Shown here in pieces: positions 1-5,776 of a stretch of 5,776 nucleotides of DNA. The notes below the pieces were generated by a model. The model searched no databases and was not told the DNA's origin. It saw nothing but the letters and a program-made list of their open reading frames with translations. Every line of letters starts with the position of its first letter. Position 1 is the stretch's first letter. The position numbers were made by a program, and so were the translations under genes. Where the stretch lies: the IMG/VR virus record IMGVR_UViG_3300015183_000014; one strand, 5' to 3'. The stretch is from a virus. Lineage: Duplodnaviria; Heunggongvirae; Uroviricota; Caudoviricetes.

Positions 1-847
1 CGAAGGCAAAGAGCGGGTCATCACTCAGGCAGCGGGAACCCCAGAAGCGGAAACCGTCTTTGCGGATAAGCGTGGTGACGTCGTTCTGGTTCAGCAGACC
101 TGCATCGGTTGCCGGGTCCTGCAGATCCCAGAACACATCAGCAGAAATTCCGGTGACACCGTTCACGCCCACGTTGGACAGGCTTTTGTGCCACCCGGTC
201 TGCTCATCAATTTTGGCGCGCAGACCGAGCGCACGAGCGGTGGCATATGCCGTTGCTTCGGCATTCAGCACCGTGTCCCAGCCAGTAAAGTCAGGCCAGA
301 TCAGCATCCCTTCGCGCTGGCTGAAGTTTTCGCGGTAAGTGATCGCCTCCTGCACTGTCTTGCAGCCATACGCTGACAGGTAAGCAAACCCACGCAGGCT
401 TTGCGCCACGCCCAGCAACTCAGTAGCAACGGCTTTATTATCGTGCCCCGGCACGCCGAGAATGCGCGGTTTAACACCGAGCTGTGACTGGGCAGATAAC
501 AGGGCTTTCATACCAGTTTTTTTACCTTCAGCAGTCACTGCACCGATGATATTGGTCGTGGTTTCTTCTTCCGTTTCACCCTGCGGCACACGCACAACAA
601 CGGTCACGGGTTTTGCCTGGTCAGCGATGGCATCCAGCGAACGGGCCAGCGTGCCGGACTCACCCGCTTTACCGCTGGCAGTCAGCACATCAGTGATCAG
701 CACGGGTTTATTAAGAGGAAACATTTTTGCATCGGCATCATCGCCCGTGCAGACCATACCCACGATGGCGGTGCTCACCGTGGTAATGGATCGGGTGCCT
801 TCGTTGACTTCAACAACGCGCACCCCGTGGTGGTAATCCTGAGCCAT
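1..847 (-). CDS. FI: Contractile tail sheath protein (P2 gpFI-like), N-terminal 282 codons; 3' end lies beyond window position 1
   Basis: Not in the ORF track because it has no stop in the window. Reverse-complement translation from ATG at 847..845 reads MAQDYHHGVRVVEVNEGTRSITTVSTAIVGMVCTGDDADAKMFPLNKPVLITDV... and stays open to position 1, as far as I can translate by eye. An AGGAGG Shine-Dalgarno (plus-strand cctcct, 857-862) sits 9 nt upstream. The N-terminus closely resembles P2 sheath protein FI as I recall it. Confidence 0.85.
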   Translation of the reverse strand, partial: MAQDYHHGVRVVEVNEGTRSITTVSTAIVGMVCTGDDADAKMFPLNKPVLITDVLTASGKAGESGTLARSLDAIADQAKPVTVVVRVPQGETEEETTTNIIGAVTAEGKKTGMKALLSAQSQLGVKPRILGVPGHDNKAVATELLGVAQSLRGFAYLSAYGCKTVQEAITYRENFSQREGMLIWPDFTGWDTVLNAEATAYATARALGLRAKIDEQTGWHKSLSNVGVNGVTGISADVFWDLQDPATDAGLLNQNDVTTLIRKDGFRFWGSRCLSDDPLFAF

Positions 848-923
848 AGTGGCGAACCTCCTGATTGGATTAGGCTTCGCCCTATGTTGAAGTGATTATG
901 TCTGATAAGCAGCTAAGCGCAGT

Positions 924-941
924 TGTACCGTTATTCACACA
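924..941 (-). promoter_or_regulatory. Candidate late-promoter activator site (TGT-N12-ACA dyad) upstream of FI
   Basis: Minus-strand sequence TGTGTGAATAACGGTACA is TGT-N12-ACA. It lies 13 bp downstream of the G stop and about 85 bp upstream of the FI ATG, in the only intergenic gap of the window (848-953). This is the partial dyad described for P2-family late promoters dependent on Ogr/Delta-type activators. A possible -10 (CATAAT, minus strand) follows; the transcription start is not determinable here. Confidence 0.55.
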
Positions 942-953
942 AAATGACGGTAT

Positions 954-1367
954 TTATCTGCTTGCAGGGAAAACAGGCCAAATAATATCAGGTGCGGTGC
1001 TGGTATCTGTTGCCGTCACCTCGTCTATGTAATCCAGCACGGCGTTAAGTTGGGTGGTTTCTTCTTGCATCAGTTTTCGCCCGGCCTGCAGCTTTAACTG
1101 AATCACGCTGATTTTGGCCATTGCTGCGTCTATCAGCGACTGTTTTTTCTGTTCAGCATCAGCTACCAGTTCATCATGAGAACGTTTCGGAGTGGGCGGC
1201 GCAGTAAATACCCCGTCTGAATACGCCCAGCCGATTCCGGGCTGCTCACTGATATCAGAAATATTAATGAGCTGTAGATTATCCGGCACAGTGAATTCAG
1301 CCTCGCCATCCCAGGCAATTACATTCACAACCATCCCATTTTCAATAACTGCATATGACGCATTCAT
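954..1367 (-). CDS. G: Tail fibre assembly chaperone (P2 gpG / Tfa family), 137 aa
   Basis: The ORF track gives 954..1391, but the likely start is the internal ATG at 1367..1365 (MNASYAVIENG...). That ATG overlaps the H stop (TAATG) and has a GAGGAG Shine-Dalgarno about 8 nt upstream. The C-terminal motif ...LNAVLDYIDEVTATDTSTAPDIIWPVFPA is typical of Tfa-family chaperones. Position immediately after the fibre gene matches P2. Confidence 0.8.
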   Translation of the reverse strand: MNASYAVIENGMVVNVIAWDGEAEFTVPDNLQLINISDISEQPGIGWAYSDGVFTAPPTPKRSHDELVADAEQKKQSLIDAAMAKISVIQLKLQAGRKLMQEETTQLNAVLDYIDEVTATDTSTAPDIIWPVFPASR

Positions 1368-3286
1368 TATGCAAACTCCTCGATAATACAAATCCCTGCA
1401 GCGCCTTTCCCGCCCGTCATACTGGCTCCGCTATAACCGGCATCGTATGCACCACCACCGCCTGAACCATATGCCTTACCGCTAACACCACCGCCAGCGC
1501 CTGCGCGTCCACCGCCTCCCCAGTACGATGCACCGCCTTCACCGCTGACGCCGATATTCCCGGACTGACCGTCGCCTCCATTTCCACCAATGATGTTGAT
1601 ACCGCCAGTACTTGGCACACCGCCGTTACCACCGTTCGTGTTTGTGACTCCTGATTTTCCACCACCTTCACCACCAGGGGCTATTACCGATCCGAACGAG
1701 CTATCACCGCCCTTGAGGCCGTTCGTCGCACTAACGCCGCCGGCCCCACCTGCGCCGATAGTGACAGGATAACTATCCTTCGTCAGGATCAGCGTGGTGA
1801 TTACTGTCCCACCTGCCCCGCCGCCAGCACCGAAAAACGTTTCATTATTGGATATAGCCTTGCAGCCGCCCCCTCCGCCACCGCCGCCCGTTATTGTGAC
1901 CCTGATCCGTTTTGTTCCTGGCGTCGGGGTGTACGTACCTGATGAGGTGAAAACCCGGGTATTCAGCCAGCGTCCAACGTATCCACTTGCATCGCTCAGA
2001 CCAAGATATTGAATAACCGCCTGTGTGCTTGCTTTATCCAGAATATTCCGTCCAACGTTAGTCAGGGTTGTCAGGCTGGCTGTATCATTCCCCGTAAAAT
2101 ACGGAAGTTTGTCTGCCGCAGTGGCAAGGCCTGCCAGTGCGGTCAGTGTGGCGTCGGCAGGTTGTTTTCCATTGGCAAGGTCATATACAGCCTTCACGGC
2201 TTTTGGTGTGGCAGCCTGCGTTTCTGACGTGCTGTTAGTGGCGCTGCTGAGTTGCACGGTACCTTTTACCGTCAGTGAAGCTGCAGGCACATCCGTTATC
2301 TGGCTCCACGGGTGCGTGTGACTGACAGGTGCCTTACCTGCTGCAAGGTCATATGCCGCCTTCACTGCCTTTGGTGTGGCAGCCTGCGTTTCTGACGTGC
2401 TGTTAGTGGCGCTGCTGAGTTGCACGGTGCCTTTTACCGTCAGTGAAGCTGCAGGCACATCCGTTATCTGATTCCACGGGTGTGTGTGACTGACAGGTGC
2501 CTTACCTGCTGCAAGGTCATATACAGCCTTCACTGCCTTTGGAGTGGCAGCCTGCGTTTCTGATGTGCTGTTAGTGGCGCTGCTGAGTTGCACGGTGCCT
2601 TTTACCGTCAGCGAGGCTGCAGGTACACCTGTTATCTGATTCCACGGGTGCGTGTGACTGACAGGTGCCTTACCTGCTGCAAGGTCATATACAGCCTTCA
2701 CTGCCTTCGGTGTTGCGGCCAGTATTTCGGATTCACTGTTGGTCGCACTGCTTAACTGAGTAAAACCTTTTGCGGTCAGCGAGGCGTCCGGGTGACGTCG
2801 TGACTGTTCGTGCTCTGATATTTTGTCATCCACATACTTGCGAGTTGCCAGTACTACAGCAGGGTCGATTTTCAGGGTGATATTGTCCGTGCTGCTGGTA
2901 ATCAACACCATACGCACGGTCTGGGTACGCCCGCTGCCTTCAGCCAGTTGCGGCTTATAGCTTTCCGGGCAGTTGCCCACGGCAATCAATGCTCCGGACT
3001 CATCAAACAGGCCCACTTCACGTATCCACCAACCACCCTCGTTTTCAGGGATCACCTGTTCAGCAATAATCTGGCTGCTGTTCTGCGGGTCAATGTACAG
3101 CATATTCAGCGCAGCCCGGCGTTTCTCATTCACCAGCCCAGTCTGCTTTGCGTCCGGCGTTGGCAATACTCCGCCGCCATCGCCGACCGCCATATGGGTA
3201 ATTTTTAAAGGCACACCGAGCGCGGCGGCGCTGGCAAGTTTCGCCGCGCCAATATCCGTCAGCAGGGTATAAAATTTTGTGCTCAT
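1367..3286 (-). CDS. H: Tail fibre protein (P2 gpH-like N-terminus and shaft; glycine-rich C-terminal tip), 639 aa
   Basis: The N-terminus MSTKFYTLLTDIGAAKLASAA...HMAVGDGGG...ESYKPQLAEGSGRTQTVRMV...YVDDKISEHEQSRRHPDASLTAKGFTQLSSATNS resembles P2 gpH. The tail-fibre repeat motif QLSSATNSTSETQAATPKAVKA is present in four copies. P2-like sequence continues through ...DATLTALAGLATAADKLPYFTGND...QYLGL, then diverges into a Gly-rich C-terminus. Start ATG overlaps the I stop (ATGA). Confidence 0.9.
   Translation of the reverse strand: MSTKFYTLLTDIGAAKLASAAALGVPLKITHMAVGDGGGVLPTPDAKQTGLVNEKRRAALNMLYIDPQNSSQIIAEQVIPENEGGWWIREVGLFDESGALIAVGNCPESYKPQLAEGSGRTQTVRMVLITSSTDNITLKIDPAVVLATRKYVDDKISEHEQSRRHPDASLTAKGFTQLSSATNSESEILAATPKAVKAVYDLAAGKAPVSHTHPWNQITGVPAASLTVKGTVQLSSATNSTSETQAATPKAVKAVYDLAAGKAPVSHTHPWNQITDVPAASLTVKGTVQLSSATNSTSETQAATPKAVKAAYDLAAGKAPVSHTHPWSQITDVPAASLTVKGTVQLSSATNSTSETQAATPKAVKAVYDLANGKQPADATLTALAGLATAADKLPYFTGNDTASLTTLTNVGRNILDKASTQAVIQYLGLSDASGYVGRWLNTRVFTSSGTYTPTPGTKRIRVTITGGGGGGGGCKAISNNETFFGAGGGAGGTVITTLILTKDSYPVTIGAGGAGGVSATNGLKGGDSSFGSVIAPGGEGGGKSGVTNTNGGNGGVPSTGGINIIGGNGGDGQSGNIGVSGEGGASYWGGGGRAGAGGGVSGKAYGSGGGGAYDAGYSGASMTGGKGAAGICIIEEFA
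1370..1888 (-). other. Glycine-rich C-terminal domain of the tail fibre (about 173 aa, presumptive receptor-binding tip)
   Basis: It begins with an uninterrupted GGGGGGGG and continues with GAGGGAGG, GAGGAGG, GGNGG and GGGG motifs interspersed with short hydrophobic and polar stretches; I count about 65 Gly in 173 residues. It ends ...GKGAAGICIIEEFA. This is unlike the P2 gpH C-terminus as I recall it. Confidence 0.6.
2165..2779 (-). repeat. In-frame 168-bp tandem repeat array (about 3.6 units of 56 aa) inside H
   Basis: The plus-strand motif ggtcatat(a/g)c(a/c)gccttcac recurs at 2179, 2347, 2515 and 2683, an exact 168-bp period. Units at 2276-2443 and 2444-2611 differ at only a few positions. 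Each unit encodes LTVKGTVQLSSATNSTSETQAATPKAVKAVYDLAAGKAPVSHTHPWNQITDVPAAS. The first unit is slightly diverged and the fourth is truncated. Confidence 0.9.
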
Positions 3287-3888
3287 GGATTCACTCTCAT
3301 TGTGTCAATAACATGGACCGCCCCGCCTTCATGCGCGGTGCCACCGGAAATAATCGTTTCGTTGATATACGGATAGATCGTGATTTCTTCGCCAAGATAG
3401 CTGGCGGCCCCCACCCAATGCGGACCGCTGGTCTGCAGATTGATGGACATGCCGATCATGTGACGGCTACATGGTTTGGCATCGCTTATCAGCCGCTCAA
3501 GTTCCAGATAGGTATCTTCAGTGATGCCCTGGTCCTGCACGCCGATATCCAGGCGAAACGTGCCCGGTGTTTCTCCGGTCTGCCACCACTCAATAATGCG
3601 GATCAGGAATCCGAACGGTTCCACCACCCGCCGCACGGCACTGGTGGTTCCTTTATGCTGATGAATATAAAAAGCATCCTTCACCACCTGACGTTTGACG
3701 CTTTCAGTCCAGCCCTCATCCCAGCGATCCACAGAGAACGCCCAGGCGAGATAAGGCAGGAAGCTGACCGGACAGGTCGCCGGATTCCACAAGTCACGCA
3801 GCGGCACCTGCAGATCAGAAATCCCGCTGCAGGTTTGCGCCAGTCGGCGCTCCAGTGGTGTTGAACCCGGTGGCAGCAGACTATTCAT
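3283..3888 (-). CDS. I: Baseplate assembly protein (P2 gpI-like), 201 aa
   Basis: The translation MNSLLPPGSTPLERRLAQ...LWNPATCP...LPYLAWAFSVDRWDEGW...GTFRLDIGV...ERLISDAKPCSRH resembles P2 gpI. A GGAGGA Shine-Dalgarno lies about 6 nt upstream of the ATG at 3888. The start overlaps the J 3' end by 8 nt and the stop overlaps the H start. Confidence 0.85.
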   Translation of the reverse strand: MNSLLPPGSTPLERRLAQTCSGISDLQVPLRDLWNPATCPVSFLPYLAWAFSVDRWDEGWTESVKRQVVKDAFYIHQHKGTTSAVRRVVEPFGFLIRIIEWWQTGETPGTFRLDIGVQDQGITEDTYLELERLISDAKPCSRHMIGMSINLQTSGPHWVGAASYLGEEITIYPYINETIISGGTAHEGGAVHVIDTMRVNP

Positions 3889-4789
3889 CCGTTCCTCCGT
3901 TAGTTACGTTCCACTGCGTACATGATGCCGCCTGTGTTTTGTTCAGGACCACATCCGCCAGAGGAGAAGCCAGCTCCACACGCTGCACACCCTCAACATG
4001 CAGGGCGGCAAAGATGGCGCTACGGCGAATATCCCGACCAAGACGCGTCTGACTGGCGATGTACTTCTGCAGGCTGGCTTTTGCCGCTGCCATTACCGGC
4101 TCTGCTTCCGGCCCCGGATAGAGAAAAATGGTGGCTTCCACGCGATACGGGATGATTTCTGCGCTGCGAACCGTCAGACGGTCAGCCACCGGGCGGACGT
4201 TCTCACTGTTCAGAGCTTTTTCCACCACGTCCAGCAGGTCTTTTTCTGCAGTTCCATCGCCTTCGCGGCTAAGGACAGTCAGCACCACCTCTGCAGGTGC
4301 CGGGCTGGTTGCACTGGCATCCGCTACCCGACCGTCGGCGCTTCGGGCATGAAATTCATAAGCTGCAGTTGGCCCCGCAACAGAAAGCCCTTCAAAGGCT
4401 GCAGGCACACGCAGGCGTAACGCTTCATCGCTTTCCATCACAGCTGCAACGGGCGGCACAGCATCATTATCAGCAGGCGTCACCGTCAGGCGTGTCACGT
4501 TGTAGTTGGCAGCGAGCTGGTCAAGATCGCCGCCCATCGCGTAAGCCACCATCACCGCCTGCGCGGCTTCGTTAACGCGCTGGCGCAGAAGCAACTCACG
4601 GTAAGCGTTCTCCTGCAACAATTTAGTGACGGGTTCAGATTCCAGTTCCAGCGTGCGGATCACGGCTTCCTGCTCATCTTTCGGATGAAGCGCAACAAAT
4701 TGGGCCTTGCGTTCGGCAAGCAGCGTCTCAAAGTCCGGCACATCCACAATCTGCGGTGCAGGCAACTGCGAAAGGTCAATCACTGCCAT
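3881..4789 (-). CDS. J: Baseplate wedge protein (P2 gpJ-like, Baseplate_J / T4 gp6-like), 302 aa
   Basis: The ORF track gives 3881..4828, but the likely start is the ATG at 4789 (MAVIDLSQLPAPQIVDVPDFETLLAERKA...), preceded by an AGGAG Shine-Dalgarno. That gives 302 aa, the length I recall for P2 gpJ. Conserved stretches include YRELLLRQRVNEAA, GRSADGRVAD, RPVADRLTV and ALHVEGVQRVELA. It overlaps the W 3' end by 14 nt. Confidence 0.85.
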   Translation of the reverse strand: MAVIDLSQLPAPQIVDVPDFETLLAERKAQFVALHPKDEQEAVIRTLELESEPVTKLLQENAYRELLLRQRVNEAAQAVMVAYAMGGDLDQLAANYNVTRLTVTPADNDAVPPVAAVMESDEALRLRVPAAFEGLSVAGPTAAYEFHARSADGRVADASATSPAPAEVVLTVLSREGDGTAEKDLLDVVEKALNSENVRPVADRLTVRSAEIIPYRVEATIFLYPGPEAEPVMAAAKASLQKYIASQTRLGRDIRRSAIFAALHVEGVQRVELASPLADVVLNKTQAASCTQWNVTNGGTDE

Positions 4790-5135
4790 TCTCTGCTCCT
4801 GTTGATACGGAAAGTGACACATGCACACCGTTATTCCGCCGCCCGGTCAGCTCCACCACCATAGAACCGTCAAAGTTGCTGTTGATGGTGATGGAATCCA
4901 GCGTCAGCCGTGGCTCCCAGCGACTCAGCGCCACATACACTGCCGACATGACCTGCAGGCGTAATGCCGGATTTTGTGGCTGATCTATTAAAACCGACAG
5001 GAGGGAACCATATTCCCGGCGGGCAATGCGGCTACCCTGCGGTGTCAGCAGAATGTCCCGCACCGACTGGCGCAGATGGTCAATATCAGTAATGGCTTTA
5101 CCGCTGGTATTGTTCATCCCGCTATAAAGCGTCAT
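4776..5135 (-). CDS. W: Baseplate protein (P2 gpW-like, gp25/GPW family), 119 aa
   Basis: The translation MTLYSGMNNTSGKAITDIDHLRQSVRDILLTPQGSRIARREYGSLLSVLIDQPQNPALRLQ...WEPRLTL resembles P2 gpW and gp25-like baseplate proteins. Start ATG overlaps the V stop (ATGA). Confidence 0.85.
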   Translation of the reverse strand: MTLYSGMNNTSGKAITDIDHLRQSVRDILLTPQGSRIARREYGSLLSVLIDQPQNPALRLQVMSAVYVALSRWEPRLTLDSITINSNFDGSMVVELTGRRNNGVHVSLSVSTGAENGSD

Positions 5136-5710
5136 ACCGGGCCTCCGGTTGTATCGCCGCCTTTCAGGACGCCGGTATGCTGATGCGCATCAACCACGAT
5201 CCCGTTAGAACTCATCGCTCCGCCGCCCTGAGTAACGCCACCATTGACCACCACTTCGCTGTTAATACGCGTGCACTCAGCCTCCAGCACAAACTCACTG
5301 GTTTTCAGGGTGATGTTATCGGCAGCCTCAATGACCATGGATTTGATGCCCCTGACATACCAGCGCCCGGTGGCAGGTTCGTATTCAAACCAGCCACCGT
5401 CAGGATGTTCTGTCACGCAGGCGTCCGCCGACGTCGACGGTGGTGCGAACTGATTCGAATAGACAGCGGGCAGCGCAAAGGCAGTTTCCAGATTGCCGCC
5501 CAGACTCAGCAGCACCACCTGCTCACCTTCCGATGGTCGCCACCATGTCCGGGCATTACCCGCGCGCAGCGTCAGCCAACTGATCCAGTTAGTTTCAAGG
5601 TCGCCCGTTTTCACCCGGCAAAGCCAATTCTCCCGGTCCACTTCGGTGACTACACCAGTGCGGATCAGGTTGGTGATAAGGCGCATGATTTCGGTTAATT
5701 GTGCGTTCAT
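5132..5710 (-). CDS. V: Baseplate central spike protein (P2 gpV-like), 192 aa
   Basis: The translation MNAQLTEIMRLITNLIRTGVVTEVDRENWLCRVKTGDLETNWISWLTLRAGNARTWWRPSEGEQV...GGAMSSNGIVVDAHQHTGVLKGGDTTGGPV resembles P2 gpV, including a C-terminal His-containing apex motif. It is the first gene of the operon, directly downstream of the dyad at 5757-5774. Confidence 0.85.
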   Translation of the reverse strand: MNAQLTEIMRLITNLIRTGVVTEVDRENWLCRVKTGDLETNWISWLTLRAGNARTWWRPSEGEQVVLLSLGGNLETAFALPAVYSNQFAPPSTSADACVTEHPDGGWFEYEPATGRWYVRGIKSMVIEAADNITLKTSEFVLEAECTRINSEVVVNGGVTQGGGAMSSNGIVVDAHQHTGVLKGGDTTGGPV

Positions 5711-5756
5711 AGGGAAAGGTTGCCATCAGGGGAAGAAAGGCGGCAGTGCTGCAACT

Positions 5757-5774
5757 TGTATCAGTGCTGATACA
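5757..5774 (-). promoter_or_regulatory. Candidate late-promoter activator site (TGT-N12-ACA dyad) upstream of V
   Basis: Minus-strand TGTATCAGCACTGATACA is TGT-N12-ACA, embedded in a 9-bp perfect inverted repeat with a 2-bp centre (TTGTATCAG-CA-CTGATACAA, 5756-5775). Its centre is about 55 bp upstream of the V ATG. The window ends at 5776, so upstream context is missing. Confidence 0.55.
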
Positions 5775-5776
5775 AA

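Larger units (their letters stand above)
1..5776 (-). mobile_element. P2-like myovirus tail/baseplate late-gene module (prophage or phage-tail-like bacteriocin); gene order V-W-J-I-H-G-FI
   Basis: Seven consecutive minus-strand ORFs whose translations resemble P2 gpV, gpW, gpJ, gpI, gpH, gpG and gpFI in the P2 order. Start/stop overlaps link V through G. TGT-N12-ACA dyads lie upstream of V and FI. Similarity is judged from recalled P2 protein sequences, not from a search. Confidence 0.8.

Noticed and set aside
60-836. Plus-strand ORFs 60-338, 188-376 and 462-836
   Set aside because: They are antisense to the well-supported sheath gene FI, their translations are low-complexity (Ser/Thr/Ala/Val-rich) with no recognisable motifs, and they lack ribosome-binding sites. 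They are shadow ORFs.
848-953. Cargo or moron gene at the G-FI junction (where P2 carries Z/fun)
   Set aside because: The gap holds only the promoter dyad and the FI ribosome-binding site, with no ORF. This is a negative observation, not a finding.
1367-1391. Extended start of G at 1391 (MYYRGVCIMNAS...) from the ORF track
   Set aside because: The extension lies inside the H coding region with no ribosome-binding site. The internal ATG at 1367 has a GAGGAG Shine-Dalgarno and overlaps the H stop.
1861-1886. Gly8-encoding tract as a slipped-strand phase-variation site
   Set aside because: The codons are mixed (GGC/GGT/GGA/GGG) rather than a pure homopolymer or simple repeat, and any 3-nt slippage would stay in frame. 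It could give minor length polymorphism but is not a convincing contingency switch.
848-1999. Invertible host-range segment (Mu G-segment / Gin-Cin-Pin type) or diversity-generating retroelement acting on the fibre tip
   Set aside because: There is no invertase or reverse transcriptase gene, no alternative fibre C-terminus or Tfa in inverse orientation, and no flanking inverted repeats. The G-FI gap is only about 106 bp.
1590-2321. Plus-strand proline-rich ORFs (1590-1772, 1794-2012) and ORFs 2009-2227, 2025-2321
   Set aside because: The poly-Pro runs are the reverse-complement image of the Gly codons (GGN read as NCC) in the H tip, so they are an artefact of the opposite-strand coding sequence.
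2165-2779. CRISPR array, given the regular direct repeats
   Set aside because: The units are 168 bp, contiguous with no unique spacers, in frame, and encode a known tail-fibre repeat motif. There are no cas genes or leader.
4789-4828. Extended start of J at 4828 (MCMCHFPYQQEQRMAV...) from the ORF track
   Set aside because: The internal ATG at 4789 has an AGGAG Shine-Dalgarno and gives the 302-aa length I recall for P2 gpJ. The extension lies deep inside W.
2948-5698. Other plus-strand ORFs antisense to H, I, J, W and V (e.g. 2973-3272, 3277-3864, 3998-4420, 4297-4575, 5177-5698)
   Set aside because: Each lies entirely inside a minus-strand gene with clear P2 similarity, none has a credible Shine-Dalgarno or a recognisable domain, and the translations are Arg/Ala/Pro-rich as expected for antisense reading. 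I see no evidence of an embedded antisense gene or toxin.

Overview
The whole window is a contiguous late-gene block of a P2-like (Peduovirus-type) contractile-tail element, all encoded on the minus strand in the canonical order V-W-J-I-H-G-FI. It contains baseplate spike gpV, gp25-like gpW, baseplate wedge gpJ, gpI, tail fibre gpH, tail-fibre assembly chaperone gpG, then a short intergenic promoter region and the N-terminal 282 codons of tail sheath gpFI, which runs off the window at position 1. Start/stop overlaps link the six genes from V to G. A TGT-N12-ACA dyad, the element described for P2-family late promoters, sits upstream of V and again upstream of FI. All identifications rest on my reading of the translations and recalled similarity to P2 proteins; no database search was run. 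The plus-strand ORFs in the track are antisense shadows. I see no defence system, toxin, integrase, CRISPR or RNA gene, and no cargo at the G-FI junction. The features that merit a second look are all in the tail fibre gene H: a P2-like N-terminus, an expanded array of 168-bp in-frame tandem repeats carrying a periodic H-x-H motif, and a glycine-rich C-terminal tip of about 170 aa that replaces the P2 receptor-binding region. Whether this is a prophage or a tailocin cannot be decided from this window.
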